From the IMG/VR virus record IMGVR_UViG_3300026521_000001: DNA of 64,000 nt; one strand, 5' to 3'. Below the pieces are notes generated by a model. It ran no database searches. It saw only the letters and a list, made by a program, of their open reading frames with translations, and had not been told where the DNA came from. A program made the translations under genes and the position numbers. This stretch comes from an uncultured virus (IMG/VR IMGVR_UViG_3300026521_000001). Taxonomy: Duplodnaviria > Heunggongvirae > Uroviricota > Caudoviricetes. The first letter of the stretch is position 1. The number at the start of each line of letters is the position of its first letter. Shown here one piece after another: positions 10,846 through 21,163 of the stretch.

Positions 10846-13209
10846 TTATACATAAAAAACTAATTTATAATTAATATCGTCGATTATATCACTTACTATT
10901 TCTACAGTAAATGATATTTTATCTTTTTCAGTTTTTATAAAATGAAGTTTTGTATTATTCATTATATCATTAAAATTAATATAAAATATATCATTTGTAG
11001 CATCATGTAAAAAATTATCTATTCTATTTACTTTAACTAAATTATTATTTATTAAAGTAGCAGAACCAAGATTAGTAATTTTTAATTTAAATATATTATC
11101 CATCTTTAACATAAACGAAGGTATATTTAATATATCATTAGAAATATCAATAATCTTATCAGTATATGTATATTCATCATTTATCATTTCTCTATAAAAT
11201 TTATATTCTACATCATTACCATTGTATTTTATAAAATCTTCATATTCTTCTACAGTAATAGTTGAACCAGTAGGTATAATATAATTGTTGGTATCTTTAG
11301 TTACTTGTAAAGATGTTTTTATATTTGTATATACATCTTCTATTACAACGTCTTGTAATGAATTTTGTGGTATAGAAGAAGTCAATGCTTTTATTTCTAT
11401 AACATTTGGCATATCCGTATTATTAACAGAAGTAGCTATAGGTATATCAATATATTTATTTGTAATATTAGATACACTTAATTGATTATTAGTTAAAGTA
11501 AATAGTCTTATTGTATTAGTTTCTTGAGGAATATCGCTTGATAAATTAACTATGCTGTTATCTAAACCAAAATTTTCATCAGTAGGAATATTATCTACAG
11601 GAGCAATTAAATTATTTATTTCATATTTACTTTCATTATATAATATATCTCTTTCTATATCAGAAGGTACTCTATTTAATAATCTAACTTGATCAATTAT
11701 ACCTATTAATTTTTCTTCTGATTTAGAGGTATATGCTAACCTTAAAGAGTATAAATCACCAAAACTATATGCAGAAAATGAGCCTTTTTTAACATTATCA
11801 ATATATAAAGTTAATACACCGTAATCGTTTGTGATATGTAAAAAATACATATTACCTGGTTCCAAATCTAAATCTTCTATATACTTCCCAACATAATTAC
11901 TTCTATCTGAATTAGGAGTTCTAATATATAATTTACTTCCTCCACCAGCAATTTGTATATAACATAACTCATCAGAAGTACTTATTAACACTTCATAATT
12001 ATTAGTGTATGTGAACCAGAATGATATAGATTTAATCTTGTTATTATTTATAAAATCTCCTAATATTATATAATTAGTACCATCAAATTTAGCAGCTTTA
12101 CCATATTTACCATCAACATACATAGGAGTACCATTCCACTCACTATTAAATATGTTATTTATATCATTGACTTTATCATCTAAAGTGTATAATGCTATAT
12201 CACTATTATCACGGAATATGTCTGATATATTAGTAGTATTAACTAATATATTATTAATGATATACTCTCTGTCTATATAAGCAATATATTTAAATAATCC
12301 TAAGGTATTTTCATTATATAATATATTAATTTCATCTTTATTAACGTATCTATTAAGTATTCTTACTTGATCTAAAGACGAAATATTCCATGACATATCT
12401 CCAGCATCATCATTTAATATATTTATATAAAAATCACTAAAATCAGTAGTGTTATTTACTACCCCTATTAATTCATTATTATAATAAAAATAATAATTAT
12501 CCATATAACGAGTAATAGCATAATGATTTATACCTTCTTTAGCATCATATTCTATAGTTTTTATAGTACTATTTAATTGTGTTCGTATTCCAAAAATATT
12601 TTTATCACCGTCTCTAAGATAAATATAACAACGTGGACTATCTGAACTAAAACATCTTACATACTGTTTATTTAATTCTATACCTGCCCAAAAAGATATA
12701 GTAAAATCACCAGTAAGTTTTATAGTAGGTACACTAATATAAGATTTATCATCAAATAAGGCACATTCATTAAATATTCCTACTCCATATAACTCATTAT
12801 TTACCCACGTACCATTATAGTTATTTGATATGTCATTACTATTATTATCTAAAAGATAAGTAGCTATTGCACTATTATCATTAAATAAATCTGATGTATT
12901 TATATTAATTTCTTTTTGTATATCTATTACTTCATAAGTACCAGTATCGTTGTTAATATCAGTAAAATATTTTATATTATTTATTCTATCATCAGTAAAT
13001 ACTAATTTAGTAGCAGTAGATTCATTTATATTAAATTCTAAAGGAGCATCAGTTGAAGGGATATAAATATCTATAGGCATAACTAAGTTATCTACATAAG
13101 TGTTATCTCTGTATTTAGAAGTACCATTAGATGTAATATCAAATATTTCATCTTTTGGGTTTTTATCAGTATTTAATTCTATTTGATTTATAATATCTGA
13201 CATAAACAT
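10846..13209 (-). CDS. Tail/receptor-binding protein with two LamG (ConA-like) domains
   Basis: Two internal repeats: 'SDLFNDNSAIATYLLD...FTISFW...LDQVRILNR' and 'SDIFRDNSDIALYTLD...SISFWF...IDQVRLLNR'. Confidence 0.75.
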   Translation of the reverse strand: MFMSDIINQIELNTDKNPKDEIFDITSNGTSKYRDNTYVDNLVMPIDIYIPSTDAPLEFNINESTATKLVFTDDRINNIKYFTDINNDTGTYEVIDIQKEININTSDLFNDNSAIATYLLDNNSNDISNNYNGTWVNNELYGVGIFNECALFDDKSYISVPTIKLTGDFTISFWAGIELNKQYVRCFSSDSPRCYIYLRDGDKNIFGIRTQLNSTIKTIEYDAKEGINHYAITRYMDNYYFYYNNELIGVVNNTTDFSDFYINILNDDAGDMSWNISSLDQVRILNRYVNKDEINILYNENTLGLFKYIAYIDREYIINNILVNTTNISDIFRDNSDIALYTLDDKVNDINNIFNSEWNGTPMYVDGKYGKAAKFDGTNYIILGDFINNNKIKSISFWFTYTNNYEVLISTSDELCYIQIAGGGSKLYIRTPNSDRSNYVGKYIEDLDLEPGNMYFLHITNDYGVLTLYIDNVKKGSFSAYSFGDLYSLRLAYTSKSEEKLIGIIDQVRLLNRVPSDIERDILYNESKYEINNLIAPVDNIPTDENFGLDNSIVNLSSDIPQETNTIRLFTLTNNQLSVSNITNKYIDIPIATSVNNTDMPNVIEIKALTSSIPQNSLQDVVIEDVYTNIKTSLQVTKDTNNYIIPTGSTITVEEYEDFIKYNGNDVEYKFYREMINDEYTYTDKIIDISNDILNIPSFMLKMDNIFKLKITNLGSATLINNNLVKVNRIDNFLHDATNDIFYINFNDIMNNTKLHFIKTEKDKISFTVEIVSDIIDDINYKLVFYV

Positions 13210-13210
13210 T

Positions 13211-13513
13211 TTAAATTCCTTCTCTTACATAAAAAACATCTTCCTCACATAAAAATTCTCCTGCATCATCTTTTAACACAATATACGGTTGAACCACATA
13301 AGTACCTTCTATATCGAAATCGTCCTCTGTAGAATAATGTATTATAGCTTCATTGTCTGAGTCTGTATCATCAATACTTAATTTTACTTTTCTACCATCA
13401 GATTTCTTCATCCACACATAACTATTATCAGTATCTACATTATCTGTATCTATTCCTACAATAAATACCATTTTAACTTTAGTGTTTTTTATATATGTTA
13501 CATTATTAGCCAT
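13211..13513 (-). CDS. Small Ig/BppU-N-like tail protein
   Basis: 'VWMKKSDG...HYSTEDDFDIEGTYVVQPYI' pattern. Confidence 0.55.
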   Translation of the reverse strand: MANNVTYIKNTKVKMVFIVGIDTDNVDTDNSYVWMKKSDGRKVKLSIDDTDSDNEAIIHYSTEDDFDIEGTYVVQPYIVLKDDAGEFLCEEDVFYVREGI

Positions 13514-13658
13514 TTATAATCCTTGTATTTAAAATAATATCTTTATGTAATTTATTAGTAAATGTCATACTTAATTTACATTTAGTTATTTTACTAATAA
13601 TAACATAACATTTATTATTTAAATTTATATTTTTTATACATTTATTTTTTAATTGCAT
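13506..13658 (-). CDS. Small basic hypothetical protein (50 aa, not in ORF track)
   Basis: MQLKNKCIKNINLNNKC...RIING; fills the gap and overlaps both neighbours. Confidence 0.4.
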   Translation of the reverse strand: MQLKNKCIKNINLNNKCYVIISKITKCKLSMTFTNKLHKDIILNTRIING

Positions 13659-13800
13659 TATTAAACCTTAAAATCTTTCTAAGAGTAACTTTTCTAAAAA
13701 TCATACCTTTTAGATTATTTAGTTTTTCTTCTTTAGTATATCTGTATTTAATAATTAAATTAAATTCATTACTTAAACCATGTGTAAGAGATCCTATCAT
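13642..13800 (-). CDS. Small basic hypothetical protein (52 aa, not in ORF track)
   Basis: MIGSLTHGLSNEFNLIIKYR...; ATGA overlap with the upstream gene's stop. Confidence 0.45.
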   Translation of the reverse strand: MIGSLTHGLSNEFNLIIKYRYTKEEKLNNLKGMIFRKVTLRKILRFNNAIKK

Positions 13801-14471
13801 TCAGGAACCCTTTTATATATATCTGTATCTGTTGGATCTCCGTCTTTATTATATAATTTAAATGAAGCTATTACATCGCCATCATTATTATAGTATTTAA
13901 GTTTATTATCTTTTATTTCCATTTTACCTGTTTCTATCTGGTTCATTAAATTTAAAATGTCTTCTGCTGATTTATCTACTACTTTTATTTTAGAAATATC
14001 AAAGTCTAAATCAATGTCTATTGCTTGAACCAGAATAGTTACAATACCTGTATCTGAAAATTTAGTTTGTATCTCATAAGTACCTGTATTACCTACTTGA
14101 TTTACTTCATTTCCATCTTTTACATCTGCTGATAATGGTTGTCTTAAATAAATATAAGTATCATCTACATCAACTACATACATCCAAATATCTTTATCTT
14201 TAATCTTGAATCTCATTCCTTTAGTTATATTAGAAGTGTCATCTAATGCTAATTTTTTAGAACCTTTATCAGTATCTTCACTGACAGTTGTAGTAATACC
14301 ATCCCCTATATCTTCTAATAATTCTTCAAAGGAATCATCACTTTTAGTTAATTTATCATCATCTAAATACTTATAGAATAAATCGAAGCTATCTTCTTTT
14401 CCATATATTCCATAAACACTTAAATCTATAGTGATATTATTTTTTTCATCTTTATTCCATATAGAAAACAT
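13797..14471 (-). CDS. Virion protein, paralog of 14508-15101
   Basis: Shares W.K...NN.T.DLS...YGK, KDKDI..YV and VGNTG.Y.....DTGIVT motifs with its neighbour. Confidence 0.65.
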   Translation of the reverse strand: MFSIWNKDEKNNITIDLSVYGIYGKEDSFDLFYKYLDDDKLTKSDDSFEELLEDIGDGITTTVSEDTDKGSKKLALDDTSNITKGMRFKIKDKDIWMYVVDVDDTYIYLRQPLSADVKDGNEVNQVGNTGTYEIQTKFSDTGIVTILVQAIDIDLDFDISKIKVVDKSAEDILNLMNQIETGKMEIKDNKLKYYNNDGDVIASFKLYNKDGDPTDTDIYKRVPE

Positions 14472-14507
14472 CTAATTTCCTTTAAAATAAGAACCAAAAG
14501 GATAAAA

Positions 14508-15101
14508 TTATCCTTGGATTCTTGCTCTTACTCTGTTTCCTGATTTAACAACATTTAAGATTTCATCTAATTTGTCATTATAATCAGATACTTCTACTAC
14601 TAATACTTCATTTTCTAATTCAATTTTAGGATTACTAACAATAAAAGTAACAATACCTGTATCGTCTAATTGAATTCCTACACTATAAACACCTGTATTT
14701 CCTACTCTATCTAATTCATCTCCGTCTGCAATATCTCCACTAATAGGATTTCTAGCAATAATGTATCCTTCATCAGCGTTTACTTCTTGTACATAAAAAT
14801 AAATGTCTTTATCTTTGACCTTAATAACATCCCCTTTATTAAAGTTAGATACTTTATTATTATCGTCAGTATCTTTAACTGTAATTTTAGTTGACCCAGA
14901 ATCTGTGTCTCCATTTGCTGTACAGTTGTTAGCATCTACATTTTTAATTGTTTCACTCCAATTAGCACTATCTACAGTATTTACTGTAGATTCTCCTGCA
15001 TAAGCATAAATACATTCAAATCCATCTTTACCATACAAATCGTCTGTTGATAAATCAAGAGTAACATTGTTCTGTACACCTTTTCTCCATAGTGTTGCCA
15101 T
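14508..15101 (-). CDS. Virion protein, paralog of 13797-14471
   Basis: Same shared motifs as its paralog; AAGGA RBS. Confidence 0.65.
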   Translation of the reverse strand: MATLWRKGVQNNVTLDLSTDDLYGKDGFECIYAYAGESTVNTVDSANWSETIKNVDANNCTANGDTDSGSTKITVKDTDDNNKVSNFNKGDVIKVKDKDIYFYVQEVNADEGYIIARNPISGDIADGDELDRVGNTGVYSVGIQLDDTGIVTFIVSNPKIELENEVLVVEVSDYNDKLDEILNVVKSGNRVRARIQG

Positions 15102-15149
15102 ATTAATTCCTTTGTAAAAAATAATCTCAATTATAAACTATAATTGGGA

Positions 15150-15479
15150 TTACCCTTTTAATCTACCTTTAGAATGATTAGTTTCAGAAACTCTGTCTGA
15201 TACTGTAAATGTTTGTTGTATATGTATATCACTATTATCATTATCCCAATGTAAAATATAATCATTAGTAAAGTATATTTTAAATGGTTTAGTATAGTAG
15301 TATTTATCTACTTTTACAACATCTACATCTAATGTTTTCTTATTTCCTGGATCTAACACTGTACTGATACTAAGTGTAAAATCTTCAGGATCTGGGTCTA
15401 ATCTACCATCTGAATCTATACGAATACCTTTTACAATATCTGATCCAGTAGGAAATGTATTATTTATTCGATAAAACAT
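15150..15479 (-). CDS. Small Ig-like protein, paralog of 15687-15983
   Basis: EDFTL......DP.N..TLD..VV and YI.HW.ND motifs shared with its paralog. Confidence 0.6.
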   Translation of the reverse strand: MFYRINNTFPTGSDIVKGIRIDSDGRLDPDPEDFTLSISTVLDPGNKKTLDVDVVKVDKYYYTKPFKIYFTNDYILHWDNDNSDIHIQQTFTVSDRVSETNHSKGRLKG

Positions 15480-15690
15480 CTTCTACAACTCTTAACTTTT
15501 TACCATGCAAACTATCAATAATATCATTAATAGTATCTGTACTAATATCATTAGTACTCATTGATTTTAATTTATTTAACCCTGTTATAATAAGTCGTGT
15601 ATAAAATCTCTCAAAAATAATTTTCCAAGCTATTTTACCAAACATACTTAAAGTAGTCTCTTTAAGTAATAATAATAATACTCCTGTCAT
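15460..15690 (-). CDS. Small protein, possible holin/lysis accessory
   Basis: Hydrophobic N-terminus; close to the endolysin. Confidence 0.4.
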   Translation of the reverse strand: MTGVLLLLLKETTLSMFGKIAWKIIFERFYTRLIITGLNKLKSMSTNDISTDTINDIIDSLHGKKLRVVEDVLSNK

Positions 15691-15983
15691 AATACTTCCT
15701 TTATTTTATAAGGGTTACTATTAATATAAATAGTTTCCTTTATATCTATATTTGCATTATCATTAATCCAGTGAAATATATATTCTCCTGGTTCATTTAT
15801 GTAAAATTCTTCTGTCCACCACCATGGATCATCATTTACTACTTTTGTATCTAATGTAGTTTCATTTGAAGGATCAGAAGAAAAAGCAAGCTTTAAAGTA
15901 AAGTCTTCAGCTTTTATCTTTACTAATCCACTTGCTTTTTCAATACCTAATACTATAGGTTTATATTGTTTAAAATATGTCAT
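15687..15983 (-). CDS. Small Ig-like protein, paralog of 15150-15479
   Basis: Same shared motifs as its paralog. Confidence 0.6.
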   Translation of the reverse strand: MTYFKQYKPIVLGIEKASGLVKIKAEDFTLKLAFSSDPSNETTLDTKVVNDDPWWWTEEFYINEPGEYIFHWINDNANIDIKETIYINSNPYKIKEVL

Positions 15984-16008
15984 TTGATACCTTTACATTA
16001 TAACTAAA

Positions 16009-16485
16009 TTATTTAAGATGTGAATGTAAGATAGAATATATTATAGTCATCATAACTCCACTTGTAACAGTCCAAAATATTTTAGCATGACTAGCCAATT
16101 GTTTTTTTATATATCCAAGTTCAGTTTCTATAACGTTATGGGAATTACATGTCTTCGGTTTACTTGCCATTTCTCTTATCTTGTCACATTCTCTTTCTAA
16201 TTTATCTAATTTAGCTACAATACCATCCTTTTCACTATCTATAGCTTCTTCTACATGATCAACTCTATCATGCAATCTTGATACACTTTCCCTGTGTATA
16301 GTTTCTATATTTGTAACTTTTTCTATAATTACTTCTTGTTTAGAAATAGCTTTACTTATCATTTGAAGTTGTTTAGCAGTCTCTTTACTATAATTAACTA
16401 AATCTTTTAAAGATTCTTTAATGTAAGTAATTTCTATATCATGTTTTTCTATTTTAGTTTCTACACTTTCCATACTATATACCAA
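16009..16485 (-). CDS. Coiled-coil protein with C-terminal TM helix (XhlA/holin-like)
   Basis: Long coiled coil, then IFWTVTSGVMMTIIYSIL; adjacent to the endolysin. Confidence 0.55.
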   Translation of the reverse strand: MVYSMESVETKIEKHDIEITYIKESLKDLVNYSKETAKQLQMISKAISKQEVIIEKVTNIETIHRESVSRLHDRVDHVEEAIDSEKDGIVAKLDKLERECDKIREMASKPKTCNSHNVIETELGYIKKQLASHAKIFWTVTSGVMMTIIYSILHSHLK

Positions 16486-16490
16486 CCCTT

Positions 16491-16865
16491 TTATTTATCG
16501 TATGTCCATAAAACATTTTGTATTTTACTAATATCATTATCTATATGTATAAATTTTTTAGCAGGACCAAATCTTGTAATGCCAAGTAATAATCCATTTG
16601 AGATTATATCAAATCTTTGTGAACCAGAAGATACTGCAATATCAACAGCTAACCCTTTTACATGTGCCGAGTCTTTAACTCCACCTATTTCAGCATTATG
16701 TTTCTCACATCTGTAACCACTTGTAATTACAAAAGGAAATCTACATCTATCTCTTAAATCATCTAATTTAAGTAAAAATTCCTCATTCATATGCACTTGC
16801 CCACAACAAGGGCAAGCAAATTCTTCTAATTTAAAATGTTTTAATTTCATATCAGAATCCTTCAT
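16491..16865 (-). CDS. Endolysin, peptidase M15A family
   Basis: HFKLEEFACPCCG, ITSGYRCEKHNAEIGG..DSAH..GLAVDI, FIHID. The true start may be the second Met at 16850. Confidence 0.9.
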   Translation of the reverse strand: MKDSDMKLKHFKLEEFACPCCGQVHMNEEFLLKLDDLRDRCRFPFVITSGYRCEKHNAEIGGVKDSAHVKGLAVDIAVSSGSQRFDIISNGLLLGITRFGPAKKFIHIDNDISKIQNVLWTYDK

Positions 16866-18954
16866 TTATAATAGTTTTAATTTCATTATCAATAATTGCT
16901 TTTCTAAAAAATCTCGGAATAGTGATACTACCTTTAAAAGATTTATCTCCATCATATCCTAACCAGATTTCGTCTAATAAACTATTGTCTGTAATATAAT
17001 ATCCAAAGCTTTGTTCATCTAAAATAATTCTATTATCTGAAGTAATAATTAAATTATGCATAGCTGAATCATTTATAACCTTATCTATTTCATTACCAAA
17101 TATAACTAATTTACCATTAATTATATCAGCAACTCTTTTACCTGATTTTTCATAAATCAAAGGCATGCTATCAGAACTATTTGTTTGGAACCAGATAGAT
17201 ATACTATATTCATCAGGAGTAGTTTCTAATACCTTACCTAATTTAATATAACTATCATCTTGTGCATACGTTGCTTTATTCATAACAATACTTGGTTCAT
17301 AATCAATTTTATTTGCTTCTCCATTATATCTGTTAAATTCGTCATTAGCATTATAGTTTAAAAAGTAAGCAGCTATCTCACTTAAATCTTTAAATACTTC
17401 TTTATAAGAATCAGTTAATTTATGATTGTGTAAATGATTCATTTCTAATAGAGATATAGAATCTTTAAATGAATTAAATAATGAAAATTCCATATTATTA
17501 TATTTTTCATTTTTAAGTATTCTACCTCCTAAAGTAGATAACACACTGTCTAAGTGAAATGTTTTAGCAGTACTTGCTATTTTTTCTTTTACAGGTAATT
17601 CATTATTATAGAAAGATATAGTTTTATCTTTATATATCATTGTAAGCCTATAATACTTATCTGGTTCTATATGACTTGCTGGATCATTTTCTTCTGAAAA
17701 GATTACTGAATTTCCATCACTATCTAATATTTCTCCATATAGATATAGTATATCATTATCAGAGTCATATTTCTGAGTAATTTCTAATTTATATTTAGTA
17801 TCTACATCTGGATGGTCATTTAAAGTGAATACTATTTTGTCATCATTTTTATCTATTACTTTTATTTCAAAGTCAATAGCCCAATTATCTTCATAGTAAT
17901 CTATCCCTATCATATGTGGAAATGTTAGAGCAGTAGCATGGTCAGAATAAGTAGCAGCACTAAATTTCATATTATTTAGATTTTTTCTATAGTCTGCAAA
18001 TTCTTTATTGAACCAGATAGCATCATATCCTGCTAAGTTTGCAGAAGTACTTCTATTAAATTCTAAACATACTCCATCAATATGTCTATTTAATTTATTT
18101 TTACTAAGACTAATAGGTCTATAAGTAAATAATTTGTTTCTATCAATAGTTCTTTTAAAAGTATTTCTGAATATTCTGAAATCATCTATTTGACCTATAA
18201 ACCCTACATCTTGTTCATTTGAACCAGTACCTGCAAGTAAAATATCTAAATAAGTATCTTCTCTATAATGTTCATAATATCCTGTAGATATAGAAATATC
18301 ATCTAAAGTAATTCTCCACGTACCTTTTTTAAATTCTACAATTAAGTGATGTCTAAAAGTATCATTTATATTTATGCCTGTATTTACTTCATAAACATTA
18401 TCTCCATCCCCAGTTTTAAAGATTAGATTGTGATTATCGTTATCATCTCCAATAATTAAACTGAATGTTTTACTATCTTTAGAATATTCTACAATTCTTC
18501 TTCTAACATCATCATTATTATCGGAACCAGAAATAATAAAGAATGCTATACTGAAATTATCTTGAAATACTTCTTTATATTCATCATAAGTAAATCTAAT
18601 TTTAGAATTAGTTTTACCATTAAATTTAATAGCACTTCCATTTATAATACCATCAGTAAATACTATATTTTCCCCACTTTCTACTGCTGGTTCTTTGTTT
18701 CCTGCAAAGTCTTTAAAATTTTCTTCAAATCCATACCAAGAAATTAATTCAGCATTGTCTGCATAATAATTTTCTTGCTTTATATTTGCAGGAATTTCTT
18801 GATTAAGTGTAAATGTATTAGTGAATACATCTTGTAAAGTTCTATCCCATAATTTAGTAGCACTAATTCCAGTATATTTATCTGAACCAGAAGCTACAAC
18901 TTCTATTATATTTTCATCTATAGCCATTGTTGATAAATTAAATGTATTATCCAT
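16852..18954 (-). CDS. Tail protein with multiple LamG (ConA-like) domains
   Basis: LISWYGFEE..KD, FSIAFF, FIGQIDDFRIF; further repeat YSISIWF...FKGSITIPRFF. Confidence 0.72.
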   Translation of the reverse strand: MDNTFNLSTMAIDENIIEVVASGSDKYTGISATKLWDRTLQDVFTNTFTLNQEIPANIKQENYYADNAELISWYGFEENFKDFAGNKEPAVESGENIVFTDGIINGSAIKFNGKTNSKIRFTYDEYKEVFQDNFSIAFFIISGSDNNDDVRRRIVEYSKDSKTFSLIIGDDNDNHNLIFKTGDGDNVYEVNTGININDTFRHHLIVEFKKGTWRITLDDISISTGYYEHYREDTYLDILLAGTGSNEQDVGFIGQIDDFRIFRNTFKRTIDRNKLFTYRPISLSKNKLNRHIDGVCLEFNRSTSANLAGYDAIWFNKEFADYRKNLNNMKFSAATYSDHATALTFPHMIGIDYYEDNWAIDFEIKVIDKNDDKIVFTLNDHPDVDTKYKLEITQKYDSDNDILYLYGEILDSDGNSVIFSEENDPASHIEPDKYYRLTMIYKDKTISFYNNELPVKEKIASTAKTFHLDSVLSTLGGRILKNEKYNNMEFSLFNSFKDSISLLEMNHLHNHKLTDSYKEVFKDLSEIAAYFLNYNANDEFNRYNGEANKIDYEPSIVMNKATYAQDDSYIKLGKVLETTPDEYSISIWFQTNSSDSMPLIYEKSGKRVADIINGKLVIFGNEIDKVINDSAMHNLIITSDNRIILDEQSFGYYITDNSLLDEIWLGYDGDKSFKGSITIPRFFRKAIIDNEIKTIINEGF

Positions 18955-18963
18955 TCATTCTCC

Positions 18964-19476
18964 TTATAATTCTTCTACTATAATAGTACTTGAACAGAAT
19001 CTATATTCTTCTGCATCACTATCAGAATATCCTCTATTTATATAAATATTGTCATTACATACGAGTCTAATATCATAAGTATGGTCTCCTTTAGTTATAT
19101 TCTTATCTATAAACTCGAAAGAAGCACTATTATCACTATAATCTCCGCCAGCAGTAGTTACACAAAAGGTAGCATTTCTATTAATAACACCATTATTACC
19201 TATTATGTCTGTAATTAAATTATCATCCCTATATATGTAAAAACAGGCTACCCTATTATCATCAGAATCTCCGTGACCTACCCTACCTATATTAACACTT
19301 ACTCTAAGGTCTGCAGTATCTTGTTTAACATTTATAGTAACATCAAATCCATCAATCTTAGTTACATTAGTAGAAGTATTATATTTAGGCGTATCTTTAA
19401 ATATAGTCTGTGCAATATTTTTACTTGGTTTATCTTTACATACATCATTTATATCTCTCATCTTACTATCCTCCAT
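18964..19476 (-). CDS. Tail fibre tip-like protein
   Basis: 'YINRG...SSTIIVEEL' C-terminal pattern typical of phage fibre beta-sandwich domains. Confidence 0.5.
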   Translation of the reverse strand: MEDSKMRDINDVCKDKPSKNIAQTIFKDTPKYNTSTNVTKIDGFDVTINVKQDTADLRVSVNIGRVGHGDSDDNRVACFYIYRDDNLITDIIGNNGVINRNATFCVTTAGGDYSDNSASFEFIDKNITKGDHTYDIRLVCNDNIYINRGYSDSDAEEYRFCSSTIIVEEL

Positions 19477-20414
19477 TCTCCTGCTTTAAATATAATCTCA
19501 TACCTACCTGAAGTATTAATTAATATTTCATCAATATCTCCATCTATTTTATATTTAGTACTAAATAATATAACAGGACTATTATTAAATACTTTATATA
19601 AGTCAATCAATGTAACTATAGTATCATCTATTGGATCTGTAGGTAATTCAATCCTGATATTTCTCTCTCTACTATCTACCCATATAGTTTCTCCATTATT
19701 AGCTTTGTAGTCATTATCAACTGTAATTGAATTATTACTATAAAGTTTATTCATAGCATTTATATCATTTTTAGTATAAGTGTTTGCTACTGAGAACGTA
19801 TTCCAAGTATTAACTTGAATCATTGAACCAGAAGGTAAAAACATATCAAATATAATTGATTCTCCATTAGACATATCACATACACCGTAAGGTTTAGGAA
19901 ATATAGTTGAACCATTCACTGATACTTGTATATTAGGGAAATCATACTTCTGTTTCAAAGTAAATTCTTTAGTCTTTCCATCAGCTATAAAGTAATCAGT
20001 ATTCATTACCATTTCAACTGTAGTAACTTCACTATTCCATTTTTCTCCATTCCATATTTTTAATTTATTTATTAATTTAGAAAAATAAATATCTCCTACT
20101 TCTAAATCACTACCATCATTTCTTATTTCTGGATCAGTGTAATGTGGCCCAAGATACACTTTACCTATAAAATCTATAGGTTCAGCTAACTCTACTGCTT
20201 TATCAATATTAAGTAAATCTTCTTTAACCTCATTGATATTTTCTAAGTCATCAACTACTGTTTTATAAGTTTCTAAATTATCAACAGCTTCAACAACTTT
20301 ATTTTCTTTTATCTGTAAAATCCTCTCATCTAATTCTTTCTTAAAATTCTGTAAATATATATTTAAGAAATCATCTATAAATTTCTGAGAATTATCACTT
20401 CCATACAATCCCAT
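19458..20414 (-). CDS. Tail fibre/appendage attachment protein
   Basis: 'YLGP....P..RNDGSDL.VGDIYF......KIWNG', 'ADGKTKEFTL...VSVNG' and C-terminal 'IWVDS....IELP..P' modules. Confidence 0.6.
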   Translation of the reverse strand: MGLYGSDNSQKFIDDFLNIYLQNFKKELDERILQIKENKVVEAVDNLETYKTVVDDLENINEVKEDLLNIDKAVELAEPIDFIGKVYLGPHYTDPEIRNDGSDLEVGDIYFSKLINKLKIWNGEKWNSEVTTVEMVMNTDYFIADGKTKEFTLKQKYDFPNIQVSVNGSTIFPKPYGVCDMSNGESIIFDMFLPSGSMIQVNTWNTFSVANTYTKNDINAMNKLYSNNSITVDNDYKANNGETIWVDSRERNIRIELPTDPIDDTIVTLIDLYKVFNNSPVILFSTKYKIDGDIDEILINTSGRYEIIFKAGEWRIVR

Positions 20415-20424
20415 TTTTCATCCT

Positions 20425-21153
20425 TTATACGAAATTAGCTATATTGTTATTATACTCTTCTACAGAATTTAATCCACCATTATTCTTAATTAATTCTTGT
20501 ATAGCAGAATAATATCTTTGGTAGTATAAATTTTCCATTTGAAAAGCATTAACATTACTCACAGAAGTATGCAGTCTATCTAATACTCCCCAATACAAAG
20601 CATTCTTTATTCTCATATAATTTAATTCAGATAATTCACTAATATCATAATAAATAACTGAACCATAAACTAATGCTTTAGTATAAGTTTTAAAGTCAAA
20701 TCCTTCATCAAGTTTTAACCAATCACCTTCTATAAATTTATTAGGTAATTCTCCATAATCAATATTAAGACATTCTAAAACATTTAATGCTTTTATCTTA
20801 GTATTTATAACTTGTTTTTCTTGTTCTGGTAAAATAAATTCTCCTGCTTCTACATCAGAATTAAATTGATTTGAACCAGAAAAAGAAATAGTGTTAGTAA
20901 TACCTGTAGATACACCTTGTTCTAAAATATTTTTTAGATTATAGTCATATTTCTTTTCTCTAATAATTTCATTAGTAATTGGATCTCTTTGTTCATCTAA
21001 CAAATCAAATGTAATAATTCTTTTAAAAGGATTTGCTTGTACTTGAATATCTATCAATATTTCATTAGATAATGTTATTAATTCATCATCGTCTTTTTTT
21101 ACATTATTGAATAGATTTCTTAACACTCTTATTACATCATTATTATCCAACAT
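20425..21153 (-). CDS. N4 gp67-like head-tail adaptor
   Basis: Directly downstream of the terminase; C-terminal 'NLYYQRYYSAIQEL'. Confidence 0.55.
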   Translation of the reverse strand: MLDNNDVIRVLRNLFNNVKKDDDELITLSNEILIDIQVQANPFKRIITFDLLDEQRDPITNEIIREKKYDYNLKNILEQGVSTGITNTISFSGSNQFNSDVEAGEFILPEQEKQVINTKIKALNVLECLNIDYGELPNKFIEGDWLKLDEGFDFKTYTKALVYGSVIYYDISELSELNYMRIKNALYWGVLDRLHTSVSNVNAFQMENLYYQRYYSAIQELIKNNGGLNSVEEYNNNIANFV

Positions 21154-21163
21154 TTATATATCC

